A DNA stretch of 64,000 nucleotides from an uncultured Acidimicrobiia bacterium (GTDB lineage Bacteria > Actinomycetota > Acidimicrobiia > Spongiisociales > Spongiisociaceae). Under the pieces are notes generated by a model. That model saw only the letters and a program-made list of their open reading frames with translations. It was not told where the DNA came from and did not search any database. Positions 39,942 through 50,304 of this stretch are shown here, in pieces. Positions within the stretch are counted from its first letter, which is position 1, and each line of letters begins with the position of its first letter. Made by a program: the position numbers and the translations under genes. The stretch spans positions 1,231 to 65,230 of the forward strand of contig CAZEZF010000002.1 in assembly GCA_964516495.1 (NCBI GenBank), written 5' to 3'.

Positions 39942-40425
39942 AAGAGTGAGTGTGGCCCTCAATGTCAACGGCGCCACCAGAGAGATATCGGTGGAGCCGC
40001 GCAAGACCTTGGCCGACGCAGTCCGTGAGGACCTAGGCCTTACCGGCACTCACCTGGGTTGCGAGCACGGGGTGTGCGGGGCGTGCACGGTCTTGCTCGA
40101 CGGGGAGGTTGTCCGCTCCTGCCTGCTGTTCGCCGTTCAGGCGGCGGGTTCGGAGATAACCACCATCGAAGGGATCGGCGCCGGGGGAGACCTCCACCCG
40201 ATGCAGGAGGCGTTTTCCCGCTACCACGGTCTTCAATGCGGATTCTGTACCCCGGGGATGATCCTGGCGGGCATCGACATGCTGTCCCGGAATCCGGATC
40301 CGAGCCGCCAGGAGGTACGAGAAGAAATGGGCGGCAACATCTGCCGGTGTACCGGTTACCAGAAAATCGTCGAGTCGGTCCAGGCAGCCGCCGCCGTGAT
40401 GGCCGGTGAAGGGGGGAGCAAATGA
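39934..40425 (+). CDS. [2Fe-2S]-binding small subunit (CoxS/CutS-like)
   Basis: CEHGVCGACTV and CGFCTPG cluster motifs. Confidence 0.8.
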   Translation: MAERVSVALNVNGATREISVEPRKTLADAVREDLGLTGTHLGCEHGVCGACTVLLDGEVVRSCLLFAVQAAGSEITTIEGIGAGGDLHPMQEAFSRYHGLQCGFCTPGMILAGIDMLSRNPDPSRQEVREEMGGNICRCTGYQKIVESVQAAAAVMAGEGGSK

Positions 40426-42797
40426 CCACCACGCAGGAGACCGGTTGGATCGGCCGTTCGGCGCCTCGCCGGGAGGATGGCCCCCTCATTCGGGGCCGGG
40501 GCCGCTTCATCGCCGACATCGAGCCGGCAGGAACCCTTCACATGGCTGTTCTTCGCAGCCCGTTCGCCCATGCCCGCATCAGCGCCATCGACACATCGGC
40601 GGCCGGAGCCCTCGATGGTGTCCATCTCGTCCTCACTGCGGACGACCTCGACGGTGTCGGGGACTTTCCGACCATTTGGCGGTTGCCTGGTCAGAAAGAG
40701 TCCGATACTCCGGCCCTTGCTCCGGGCAAGGCTCGTTACGTCGGCGAACCTGTGGCCGCGGTGGTGGCCGACTCGCGATACGTCGCCGAAGACGGTCTCG
40801 ACCTGATCGAAGTGGACTATGAGGTTCTCGACCATGTGGTTGGAGTCGAGGCGGCTATAGCGGAGGACGCTCCGGTCATCAACGAGCACATGGGCGACAA
40901 CGCCATCATCGAGTATACCTTCCCGGGGATCAACGCTCTCGGGGAAGCCGGGGATGTGGCGGCCGCATTCGATGAGGCCGACGAGATCGTTAGCGGCCGG
41001 TTCCATATCGGTCGATACTCCGGGGTTCCGTTGGAGACACGGGGTTTGGTGGTCGAATGGGATGACCTTCGCCAGACCCTTACCGTCCACTCGGAAAGCC
41101 AGGTAGCCAGCCTGTTCCGAACCGAGTTGGCCGCGGCCCTGGGTCTTCCTGAGACGGCCGTCCGAGTGCTTACTCCGAACATCGGGGGCGCCTTCGGCAA
41201 CAAGTGGGACCGGTATCCGGAGGACATCCTGGTATCTGTCGCGGCGATGAGGCTCGGCCGCCCGGTGAAGTGGATCGAGGACCGCCGCGAATCGCTGCGA
41301 GCAACCGTTCACGGACGGGAGCAGGTACAGGAGTGGCGCCTGGCGGCCCGCTCCGACGGAACCATTCTGGGATTGAAAGGCCGCGTGCTGAGCGACCAGG
41401 GCGCCCATCTGCACAGCGTGGGTATCGGACCGGCGTGGGTAACCGGCGCGGCGGCGGTCAACCAGTACAAGATCGCCAACTACCACTGCGATGTGATCGG
41501 AGTGGCCACGAACAAGACGCCGAACAGCACCTTCCGCGGATTCGGTGGTCCCGAGGCCATGTTCGGGATCGAAAGGATGGTGGACAAGACCGCCCGCCGG
41601 CTCGGTATGGACCAAGCCGAGATCAGACGGAAGAACATGATCGGGGCGGACGAGTTTCCGTACTTCAGCCCGGGTGGCGCCGTCTACGACAGCGGCAATT
41701 ACCCCGCGGCCTTGGAGAAGGCGCTGGAGGCGGTCGAATACGACAAGTTGCGCGCGGAGCAGCAAAGCCTGCGAGAGCAGGGGATTTACCGGGGGGTCGG
41801 CATAGCCTCCTACATTCATGTCTCCGGCTTCGGGCCCTCGGCAATCCTCGGGTTCCTCGACTACTACACCGGTGGCTACGAGGGTTCTACCGTCAAGATC
41901 GATCCGCACGGGCGAGCGACCCTGTACACGGGAATGATCCCCATGGGACAAGGCACCGAGACCACCCTTGCTCAAGTAGCGGCCGATCACCTTGAGATCG
42001 ACATCGCCAACGTAAGAGTCGTGTGGGGAGACACCGACCAGACTCCCTACACCGGCTTCGGATCCGCCGGCAGCCGCTCGAACGTGGCGGCGGTGGCGCT
42101 TATCAAAGCGATCGACGAGATCAAGGCGAAAGCGGTGCGGATCGGGGCCGGATTGCTGGAAGCCGATCCCGACGATGTGGCTTATGCGGACGGTCGGATC
42201 TCCGTCAAGGGGGCCGAGGAGATGAAGTCCCTCACCCTGGCCGAGGTGGCGCAGCAGGCGTACTGGGGTCACCATATCCCGGAAGGCGACCAGCCCACTC
42301 TTGAGGCGACCTATGTGTACGACCCGGCCAACTTCACCACCGCGTACGGCACCCATGTGGCGGTGGTGGATGTGGACATCGACACCGGCAAGATCGACTG
42401 GGTCAGGTATGTAGTGGTCGACGACTGCGGCACGGTCATCAACCCGCTTCTGGTAGAAGGGCAGATCCACGGCGCCTTGGCGCAAGGTCTGGGCGGGGCG
42501 ATGTTGGAGGAGTTCGTGTACGACGAGGAGACCGGGCAGTTGCTGTCATCCTCGCTGATGGACTACCTGTTGCCGTCGTTCACCGACCTGCCGGACTTTG
42601 ACATCCATCACCTGGTCACCCCGTCTCCGCACACCGAGGGCGGGTTCAAGGGAATGGGAGAGGCCGGATGTTTCCCGGCCGCTCCGGCTCTCGCCAACGC
42701 GGTGGTTGATGCGCTGTCGGACCTGGGGGTGGAGGTGGATCAGACCCCTATCACACCGAGTCGGCTGTGGACTTTGATCGAACAGGCGCGCGGCTAG
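40422..42797 (+). CDS. Molybdopterin-binding large subunit of xanthine dehydrogenase family (CoxL-like; active-site loop STFRGFGGPEA, neither AYXCSFR nor AYRGAGR)
   Basis: 791 aa aldehyde oxidase/xanthine DH Mo-co domains; GFGGP loop. Confidence 0.75.
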   Translation: MTTTQETGWIGRSAPRREDGPLIRGRGRFIADIEPAGTLHMAVLRSPFAHARISAIDTSAAGALDGVHLVLTADDLDGVGDFPTIWRLPGQKESDTPALAPGKARYVGEPVAAVVADSRYVAEDGLDLIEVDYEVLDHVVGVEAAIAEDAPVINEHMGDNAIIEYTFPGINALGEAGDVAAAFDEADEIVSGRFHIGRYSGVPLETRGLVVEWDDLRQTLTVHSESQVASLFRTELAAALGLPETAVRVLTPNIGGAFGNKWDRYPEDILVSVAAMRLGRPVKWIEDRRESLRATVHGREQVQEWRLAARSDGTILGLKGRVLSDQGAHLHSVGIGPAWVTGAAAVNQYKIANYHCDVIGVATNKTPNSTFRGFGGPEAMFGIERMVDKTARRLGMDQAEIRRKNMIGADEFPYFSPGGAVYDSGNYPAALEKALEAVEYDKLRAEQQSLREQGIYRGVGIASYIHVSGFGPSAILGFLDYYTGGYEGSTVKIDPHGRATLYTGMIPMGQGTETTLAQVAADHLEIDIANVRVVWGDTDQTPYTGFGSAGSRSNVAAVALIKAIDEIKAKAVRIGAGLLEADPDDVAYADGRISVKGAEEMKSLTLAEVAQQAYWGHHIPEGDQPTLEATYVYDPANFTTAYGTHVAVVDVDIDTGKIDWVRYVVVDDCGTVINPLLVEGQIHGALAQGLGGAMLEEFVYDEETGQLLSSSLMDYLLPSFTDLPDFDIHHLVTPSPHTEGGFKGMGEAGCFPAAPALANAVVDALSDLGVEVDQTPITPSRLWTLIEQARG

Positions 42798-43030
42798 CCG
42801 GAGCAATAGTTGGTCGGTAGCCCCGGCGTCTATGATCGGACGGGCGTGACGGACGGCGCGGTTGCGTACGGCTCTATCCGGCGCGGGTGCCGCGACCCGG
42901 TCCCGGGGCGGGACCTATGGCCCGGAAGCCGTGGTCGGCTTGAACGCGACCGCGTTCCGGTAGGGCGCGTCGCGTCCGTCCGTCAGGTCCTCGCGGGTTT
43001 CGATATCAGGCTGGTGACCGAGGTTGTTCC

Positions 43031-44431
43031 ATGAGGCTGCTGGTGCAGGGTGGCCGCATCGTGACGGCCACCCAGGACTATGTGGCGGATATCCTCGTGG
43101 AGGATGGTCGGATAAAGGCCATCGGTGATCTCGAAGGGATCGAGGCGGACGAGATAATCGACGCCGCCGACCACCTGATCTTCCCCGGTGGGATAGATCC
43201 GCACACCCATCTGGACACCCCGGTGGCCGGGACGGTGATTTCCGACGATTTCGACTCGGGGACCCGGGCGGCGGCCGCGGGCGGAACCACAACCGTGGTG
43301 GACTTCGCCATCCAGGACAAGGGCGTCGATCCCCGCGCCTCCCTGACTAGATGGCACGAGATGGCGGCCGGTAAGGCGGCGGTCGACTACGCCTTCCACC
43401 AGATCATCACCGATCTGCCCGACCGGATGCTCTCCTCACTGGACGGCGTCGTTGCGGAAGGAGTTACCAGCTTCAAGCTGTTCATGGCTTATCCGAACGC
43501 CTGGATGTTGGACGACGGGGTGATCTTCAAGGCAATGAGAAGGACCGCCGACAACGGCGGTTTCATGATGCTGCACTGCGAGAACGGTCACGCGATCGAC
43601 GCCCTGGTCAAGGAATCGCTTGCCCGAGGCGACTCAGACCCGGTTTTCCATGCCCGCACCCGACCGACCATCGCTGAGGATGAGGCGACCAGACGAGGTA
43701 TAGCGTTAGCCGAGATGGCGGGTGTGCCCGTCTATGTGGTCCACATGTCATCCGCCGGGTCGGTGCGCGCCATGGCCGAGGCGCGCGAGCGAGGGGTCCG
43801 AGCCTACGCGGAGACCTGCCCCCATTACCTCCTGCTCACGGACGACAAGTTGGCCGAGCCGGACTTCCGGGGCGCCAATTATGTATGTTCTCCGCCTCTC
43901 CGGCCGGCGGAGAACCACGGGCCCCTGTGGAACGGATTGCGGGTCGGCGACCTGCAAGCGGTCGGGACCGACCATGCCCCCTTCTTCTTCGAGCAACGCC
44001 AGGTCGGGAGGGGCGACTTCAGCAAGATACCCAACGGTCTTCCCGGTATCGAATGGCGGCTCAGCCTCCTGTACCACCACGGGGTGGTCGGCGGGCGGAT
44101 TTCACTAAACAGGTTTGTGGAGATTTCCTCCACCAACGCGGCGAAGCTGTTCGGCCTGTACCCGAGGAAAGGGGAGATCGCACCCGGATCGGACGCTGAT
44201 CTGGTGGTGTTCGACCCGGCGGGCACCACCACCCTGTCGGTCGACACGCAGGTGACCAACTGTGACCACAATCCTTACGAGGGCAGCGTGCTGGCGGGCG
44301 CGATCCGCCGAGTGGTCCTGCGTGGGAAGATCATCGTGCGCGGCGGTCGCTACGTCGCCTCGACATCCGGAGGCGTGTTCATAAGGAGCGCCGAGTCGGC
44401 CGCTCTCAGCAGCTCGACCCTGGTGTCGTGA
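43031..44431 (+). CDS. Dihydropyrimidinase / D-hydantoinase (cyclic amidohydrolase)
   Basis: Metal-binding HxH (DPHTHLD), carboxylated-Lys region, about 465 aa. Confidence 0.75.
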   Translation: MRLLVQGGRIVTATQDYVADILVEDGRIKAIGDLEGIEADEIIDAADHLIFPGGIDPHTHLDTPVAGTVISDDFDSGTRAAAAGGTTTVVDFAIQDKGVDPRASLTRWHEMAAGKAAVDYAFHQIITDLPDRMLSSLDGVVAEGVTSFKLFMAYPNAWMLDDGVIFKAMRRTADNGGFMMLHCENGHAIDALVKESLARGDSDPVFHARTRPTIAEDEATRRGIALAEMAGVPVYVVHMSSAGSVRAMAEARERGVRAYAETCPHYLLLTDDKLAEPDFRGANYVCSPPLRPAENHGPLWNGLRVGDLQAVGTDHAPFFFEQRQVGRGDFSKIPNGLPGIEWRLSLLYHHGVVGGRISLNRFVEISSTNAAKLFGLYPRKGEIAPGSDADLVVFDPAGTTTLSVDTQVTNCDHNPYEGSVLAGAIRRVVLRGKIIVRGGRYVASTSGGVFIRSAESAALSSSTLVS

Positions 44432-44447
44432 AAGGAGACCTGAAGCT

Positions 44448-45284
44448 GTGAGAACTGCATTGGTACAGATGGGCGCCCACTACGACCGGGACCGAAACGT
44501 GGACCGAGCGGAGCGTTTGGTCCGGCAGGCGGCGGATCGGGGCGCCCGGATCGTTTGCCTGCAGGAACTGTTCCACACCGTCTACTTTCCCTACGAAATG
44601 GACTCCCGGCACCTGGATCTCGCCGAGCCGATCGACGGTCCCACAATGGAGCGGATGCGCTCTCTGGCCCGCCAGTTGCAGGTGGTCCTGATCGCTCCGA
44701 TCTACGAGAAGGCGATGGATGGATTGCTGTACAACAGCGCCCCGGTGATCGGGCCGGACGGCGACTTGATGGGAATCTACCGCAAGAGTCACATCCCTAT
44801 CGTCTCGGTGCCGACCCTCACCGGAGTCGAGAAGTACTACTTTGCGCCCGGCGATACAGGTTTCGTAACGTTCCCGACCCCGTTCGGTGTGACCATCGGG
44901 ATCCTGATCTGCTACGACCGGCATTTCCCTGAGGCGGCCCGCACCCTCGCCCTGAACGGCGCCCAGATAGTTTACGTCCCCACCGCCACCACGGGCATGA
45001 GCCGCTACCTATGGGAGCTTGAACTCCAAGCCCACGCCGTCGACAACATCTACTATGTGGGTGGCGTCAACCGGGTCGGGGTGGACCAGGGCGGTTCCGA
45101 TTCGCACTTCTACGGCTCGTCCATGTGGGTCGATCCCAAAGGGAGGATCATCTGCCAGGCAAGCGACACCGATGATGAGGTGCTGGTCGCCGACCTGGAT
45201 CTGGCGGTTATTCCCCAGATCCGCAACGACTGGGGCTTCTTTCGCGACCGGCGCCCCGACCTTTACGGTCGCCTCAGTACCTGA
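44448..45284 (+). CDS. Carbon-nitrogen hydrolase family (beta-ureidopropionase / N-carbamoyl-amino-acid amidohydrolase-like)
   Basis: Nitrilase-superfamily E-K-C pattern (CLQELF..., ICYDRHFPE). Confidence 0.65.
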   Translation: MRTALVQMGAHYDRDRNVDRAERLVRQAADRGARIVCLQELFHTVYFPYEMDSRHLDLAEPIDGPTMERMRSLARQLQVVLIAPIYEKAMDGLLYNSAPVIGPDGDLMGIYRKSHIPIVSVPTLTGVEKYYFAPGDTGFVTFPTPFGVTIGILICYDRHFPEAARTLALNGAQIVYVPTATTGMSRYLWELELQAHAVDNIYYVGGVNRVGVDQGGSDSHFYGSSMWVDPKGRIICQASDTDDEVLVADLDLAVIPQIRNDWGFFRDRRPDLYGRLST

Positions 45285-45308
45285 GATTCACGAGCGAGGA
45301 GCGAAATC

Positions 45309-46076
45309 ATGGACACTGGTCTGGCGGGCAAGGTGGCGGTGGTTACCGGCGCGAGCCGCGGTATCGGGCGGGGCATAGCCCGGGCTCTAGCGGCCGAAGG
45401 GGCGCGGGTTGCCGCACTTGCCCGGACCGGCGGTGATCTAGCCGACACGGTTGCGAGTCTGGAGGGGAGTGAAAGCGACCATCTCTCGATTACATGCGAC
45501 GTTACCGACCCCGACCGGATTGCGACGGCCATGGATCAGGTTCACACCCGGTTCGGACGTATCGACGTTCTGGTCAACAACGCCGGCCGACGGCAGAACT
45601 TCGCCAGGTTGCACAAACTTGAGGTGGCCGAGTGGAGGGCGACTGTCGAGGCCAACCTGTCCTCGGTTTTCTACATGTCGCAGGCGGTGACCGGCCCGAT
45701 GATCGCCCAGGGATCGGGGTCGATAGTCAACATCGCCTCGATCGCGGGACCGGTGGCCTTCGCCCGCATCGGCGCCTACTCGGCGGCCAAGGCGGGCGTT
45801 ATCGCCCTTACCAAGGTGATGGCGGTTGAGTTGGCCGAGTTCGGCATACGCACCAACGCCGTGGCGCCGGGATGGACCGAGTCTTCCATGAACTACGAGC
45901 TACGTACCGAACCGGCCAACCGGGAACTGTTCGAGACGATTCGCGACTCGACGTTGTTCAAGAGGTTCGCGGTCCCGTCCGAGGTGGCGAGCGCGGTGGT
46001 GTTCCTCGCCGGAGACGGCGCTAGCTACATCACCGGCGAGACGCTCACCGTAGACGCCGGCTGGGTGGCGGTCTGA
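45309..46076 (+). CDS. SDR family oxidoreductase
   Basis: TGASRGIGRGIA cofactor motif and YxxxK region. Confidence 0.75.
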   Translation: MDTGLAGKVAVVTGASRGIGRGIARALAAEGARVAALARTGGDLADTVASLEGSESDHLSITCDVTDPDRIATAMDQVHTRFGRIDVLVNNAGRRQNFARLHKLEVAEWRATVEANLSSVFYMSQAVTGPMIAQGSGSIVNIASIAGPVAFARIGAYSAAKAGVIALTKVMAVELAEFGIRTNAVAPGWTESSMNYELRTEPANRELFETIRDSTLFKRFAVPSEVASAVVFLAGDGASYITGETLTVDAGWVAV

Positions 46077-46150
46077 ACCACGGGAATCACGGTCATTCGT
46101 TCCTTCGGACCGGCGCGAGGCGAAGGTCCGGTCAGCGGGTGGTCGGTGGA

Positions 46151-47161
46151 TCATGCCGCCGGGTTGAAAACCTCGATTATCTCCTCGTAGTTCTCGGTGA
46201 TGGGGAGCAGAGCCGGGTAGATGTTCGGCCGGATCGAGTAGGCGTTCACCTGCCGTAGGCACTGCTCCGGAGTCCCGGCCGCGGTGAGAGATCGGACGAC
46301 CTCGGCCGGAACGAGGGGCATGGCCGCCTCGATCCCTCCCTCCGAAGGGGGCCAGCCACCCATGGCGCGGCGCACGCTGTCCAGCAGATCCTGGTCGACT
46401 CCGCTCGCCCGAGCGATGTGAGGTTGCTGACCCAGGTACATGGTGGTCATGCGGGTGGCGACGGACAGCGCCTTCTCCTCATTCTCATCCATGGCTATGA
46501 CGATGGTCTGGGGAAGGTCCAGATCATGCAACTTCCGGTCGGCGGCTCGGGCACCCCGTTCGATATGGCGGAGGGCGTCGGCGAGGTAGGTGAGGGATGT
46601 GAAGCCGTTGAGCATCACCCCGTCGGCGACTTCGCCGGATAGGGCCAGCATTTGCGGTCCGGTTGCCCCCACGTAGATCGGGACCTGTTTAGGAAGGTGA
46701 GCCACCCCGTGCCCGAGATCGAGCCGCAGGTCCCGGACCGTCACCAACTCACCCTCATAGGTGACCGTTTCGAGTGCCAGGAGCCGACGGGTGACCTCGA
46801 TGTATTCCCGCATCTGGCGGATCGGCCGACGGCGGTTGATTCCCTGCTTCCACGCCAACGGATCCCAGTACGCTCCGAGCCCGAGCAGCATGCGGTGCGG
46901 CGCCATCTCGTCAAGGGTGGCGAAGGTGAGCGACATCAATGAAGCGGGTCTGGTCCACGAGTTCACGACCCCTGTCCCGAGCTTGATCGTGGATGTAGCA
47001 TAGGCCATGGCGCCCAAGACAGAAATGGCGTCGCGAGCGGTACGGGTCTCGCACACCCACACCGATTCGTAACCGAGCGCCTCCATCCGCGCCGCCAGAC
47101 TCACCTGCCGTCGAGGATCCGGTCGATCCAGGAAACACATGCCTACCCGCCGACTGGTCAT
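46151..47161 (-). CDS. LLM-class flavin/F420-dependent oxidoreductase
   Basis: Luciferase-like family pattern (ALGYESVWVCE..., LLGLGAYW). Confidence 0.6.
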   Translation of the reverse strand: MTSRRVGMCFLDRPDPRRQVSLAARMEALGYESVWVCETRTARDAISVLGAMAYATSTIKLGTGVVNSWTRPASLMSLTFATLDEMAPHRMLLGLGAYWDPLAWKQGINRRRPIRQMREYIEVTRRLLALETVTYEGELVTVRDLRLDLGHGVAHLPKQVPIYVGATGPQMLALSGEVADGVMLNGFTSLTYLADALRHIERGARAADRKLHDLDLPQTIVIAMDENEEKALSVATRMTTMYLGQQPHIARASGVDQDLLDSVRRAMGGWPPSEGGIEAAMPLVPAEVVRSLTAAGTPEQCLRQVNAYSIRPNIYPALLPITENYEEIIEVFNPAA

Positions 47162-47592
47162 CCGGGTATCCTCCCAGGAGAGTGTCGAAAAAGACGGGGG
47201 TGGGTCCACCGCCTGCTGACCAGGGAGTTTATCATCGAACTTCGGGCCGGCAGGAGGTTTTCAAGTACCTTCCTGTGTTGTCCTGAATCACTGTTTATTT
47301 TGTCGTTGTGGTCGGTTGCGTGGTTAGGGGACGGGTTTTTGTCCTAACCATGTTGCATACCGATAGGTAACTGCGATCACCAAGCGGCCCGTTTGGGTAC
47401 CGGCCGGGCCGGGATCATGTTGAACGTACCTGACCCTAGGTAGGGGGTATGGGGGGACGCGTTTCGGCGCTGAGGCGGCGGCGGTTGGGGGTGGTACCCA
47501 CTAGGGGAGTCAACCAGATAATAAGGATGTTTCTCGCGGCCTTTGGTCCTCAGGGGCCGAACAGTTCTGGCGGCAAGCACGTTATTCACCAA

Positions 47593-47717
47593 CCCCGATG
47601 ATTCTTCATGCCCCCGTCACGCCGAACCCGAAAAGGCCAAGTCAAACCCACTTTCTTGGTCGTCCCGGCGTTGTAACTCGTTCGTACCCATTCAAACCCC
47701 TGCATGAAAAATCGGGG
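47593..47717 (-). mobile_element. MITE family A copy 4, internally deleted derivative (about 125 bp)
   Basis: Both TIRs present, central ~80 bp missing; CCAA/TCAA flanks. Confidence 0.6.
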
Positions 47718-47813
47718 TCAATAAATCTCAGAATCAGGACAAGCAACTACCGAGCGTCAGGACCTCTACCGAACCTCGGACGAAGTAGGTCGGTAGACTG
47801 TCCGCCATCTTCC

Positions 47814-49112
47814 ATGAGAGGGACTGTGGCACGCGACTCCATCTACACGGCGGCGCTCCGTCGGGTGAGCGACGAATACATTCGGCGCAACCCCGCCTCT
47901 CGGGATATTGCCCGGCGCTCTGCGAAGGTACTTCCGGGCGGCACGACGCGTACCACGACCTTTTTTGCCCCGTTTCCTCCCGTCCTGGTCAGTGGCCGGG
48001 GTTCTCAGGTGGTGGATGTTGACGGCAACCGGCGGGTCGACTACCTGAACAACTACACGTCGCTCATCCTGGGCCATGCCCATCCGAATGTAATGGCGAG
48101 AGCGATGACCGTGGCGGAGCGGGGTAGCGCCTTCTCGTCCCCCACCATCCAAGAGGTTCGGCTGGCGGAGATGCTGGTTGAACGGGTTCCATCGGTGGAA
48201 CAGGTTCGATTCACAAATTCGGGTACCGAGGCGACGATGGCCGCGCTGCGGCTAGCGCGCGCCTTTACCGGGCGACCCAGGGTGGCCCGGTTCGAGGGCG
48301 GCTACCACGGGACCCACGACTACACCGCCACGCCGGGGGCCGGAATACCGGATGCGGTTGACGAACTGGTCGTTACCCTTCCTTTCAACGATGTGGCCGG
48401 TTGCGGGGAGCGGCTGGTGGAGGTGGCTGATTCGCTTGCGGCGGTGATCGTAGAACCGGTGCTCGGGGCCGGAGGAGTGATAGCCGCCGAACGGGACTTC
48501 CTGGCGTTTCTCCGAGAGGTAACCCGCCGGGAAGGGGCGTTGCTGATATTCGATGAGATCATCTCGTTGCGTTTGCACACCGGGGGGGTTCAGGCCATCT
48601 ACGAATTGGAACCGGACCTCACCACCTTCGGCAAGATTATCGGTGGGGGTTTCCCGATCGGCGGGTTCGGCGGACGGCGGGACGTGATGGCCCTTCTCCA
48701 CCCGATCAACGGCACGATAAGTTGGGGGGGAACCTTCAACGGAAATCCGGTCAGCGCATCGGCCGGCATAGAGACTCTCCAGGCCTTGACTCCGCCGGTC
48801 ATTGACGGGCTTAATCAGGCCGGAGACGAGTTGGCGGAGCGACTCGACAAGGTGTTCGAGATCTCCGGACTACCGGTCGGGGTGACAAACTACGGGTCGC
48901 TGTTCAACATCCATGCCACCGGCGATCCGATCCGTGATAACCGGGCGGTGGCGGGCGCCGATCCTGAACTGGCCGAAATCCTCCATCTCGGTTTGATGAA
49001 CCGCGGCTTCTTCCTTGCACCCCGCGGCATGGGTTGCCTTTCCACGGCCATGACAGCAGATGACCTGGACGGCTTGGTGGCGGCGGTCGAGGATTTGGTG
49101 GCGAACCTGTGA
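47814..49112 (+). CDS. Class III aminotransferase (glutamate-1-semialdehyde aminomutase-like); N-terminal part of track ORF is MITE translation
   Basis: PLP-fold motifs GGTEATMAALRLARAFTGR, FDEIISLRLHTGG. Confidence 0.7.
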   Translation: MRGTVARDSIYTAALRRVSDEYIRRNPASRDIARRSAKVLPGGTTRTTTFFAPFPPVLVSGRGSQVVDVDGNRRVDYLNNYTSLILGHAHPNVMARAMTVAERGSAFSSPTIQEVRLAEMLVERVPSVEQVRFTNSGTEATMAALRLARAFTGRPRVARFEGGYHGTHDYTATPGAGIPDAVDELVVTLPFNDVAGCGERLVEVADSLAAVIVEPVLGAGGVIAAERDFLAFLREVTRREGALLIFDEIISLRLHTGGVQAIYELEPDLTTFGKIIGGGFPIGGFGGRRDVMALLHPINGTISWGGTFNGNPVSASAGIETLQALTPPVIDGLNQAGDELAERLDKVFEISGLPVGVTNYGSLFNIHATGDPIRDNRAVAGADPELAEILHLGLMNRGFFLAPRGMGCLSTAMTADDLDGLVAAVEDLVANL

Positions 49113-49158
49113 CAGGGTGCTGCGCTCGCCGCGAATCGTGAGCGTTGATCCGGTCTCC

Positions 49159-50304
49159 TTATGCGGCTCTGCCCGCCAGGACTCCGGCAAGTTCTTCAAG
49201 CCCTTCGATATTGTGGCCCGCAACCAACTCGTCCACGAACGGTAGGGCTGCCACCAGCCCGCGCGCCAACGGTTGGAACTTGGGATCGCCCGCCAGCGGG
49301 TTGACCCAGATTACAGTGTGGGCTTGGCGGGAGAGCCGTTGCATGGCCCAGGCCAAGCGGTCGGGTGGACCCATCTCGAGGCCGTCCGAGCATATGATCA
49401 CCAGGGCTCCACGGTTGAAACGCAACTTGCCCCATGTCTGTACATAGCTGCTCAGCGACTCGCCGATCCTGGTGCCGCCGTCCCAGTCAACCACCAACCC
49501 CGTTGCCTGTTCGAGGGCTGTGTTTGCGTCCCGGACCCGCATCGCGCTGGTTAGACGGGTAAGCCTGGTTCCGAAGCAGAACACCTCCACTCGTTGTGAA
49601 GCCCTGCCGATGCCGTAGGAGAACTGCACCAGAGCACGTGAGAACCCCGCCATGGAGCCCGATACGTCGACAATCACGACGATGGGACGCGGGCGGTCCA
49701 CCCTCCGCCTGCGGCGCAGGTGAAACAGGTCGCCCCCGTAGTACAAGGAGTCGCGCACACTGCGGCGCAGGTCGATTCGAGGACCTCTAGATGCGGGGCG
49801 GGTACGGCGGGTACGCCTCTGCGGCAACTGCAGGCGGGGAACCAAGCGGGCTAGCCGCCGGAACTCCTCCTCGGTCCATTGGTCAAAGTGTTTGGTTCGC
49901 AAGACCTCGACACTCGACGCTTGTGGACCGCCCCCGGACGGACGGTCCAGGTTGTCGCCCTCTAGCAACTCCAACTCCGTATCCTCCCTGCCGAACGAAA
50001 CAGAGGCCGGTTCCGCATCTCCGTCGTTTTCAGCGACGCCCAACGGGAGCAACGGAGGGGGAGATCCGCTTTCTGAACCGACGAAGTACGCATCAAACGC
50101 GGCGTCGTAGATCGCCAGATCGCGGCGCCGGTTGATGAGGGTGATGCGGCCGGCCCAATACAGGTCCCGAAGGTCGGCGGGGTCCAATCCGGCCACCGCC
50201 CTCGTGTATGCCAGAACCTGGCCGGCGCCGACTGTCGCTCCCTGAGCCCGGAGCAGGTGTCCGAACCGGACCAAACCGGTCGTCGGGCCGGACTCAGACA
50301 CCAT
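49159..50304 (-). CDS. VWA domain protein, CoxE-like
   Basis: MIDAS-like IVVIVDVSGSM, CoxE-family body; adjacent to MoxR ATPase. Confidence 0.65.
   Translation of the reverse strand: MVSESGPTTGLVRFGHLLRAQGATVGAGQVLAYTRAVAGLDPADLRDLYWAGRITLINRRRDLAIYDAAFDAYFVGSESGSPPPLLPLGVAENDGDAEPASVSFGREDTELELLEGDNLDRPSGGGPQASSVEVLRTKHFDQWTEEEFRRLARLVPRLQLPQRRTRRTRPASRGPRIDLRRSVRDSLYYGGDLFHLRRRRRVDRPRPIVVIVDVSGSMAGFSRALVQFSYGIGRASQRVEVFCFGTRLTRLTSAMRVRDANTALEQATGLVVDWDGGTRIGESLSSYVQTWGKLRFNRGALVIICSDGLEMGPPDRLAWAMQRLSRQAHTVIWVNPLAGDPKFQPLARGLVAALPFVDELVAGHNIEGLEELAGVLAGRAA

Noticed and set aside
47230-47592. Long intergenic region upstream of the aminotransferase screened for tRNA/ncRNA
   Set aside because: No cloverleaf-compatible or known ncRNA pattern. 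It contains only a hairpin (ggttagg...cctaacc) and the deleted MITE copy.
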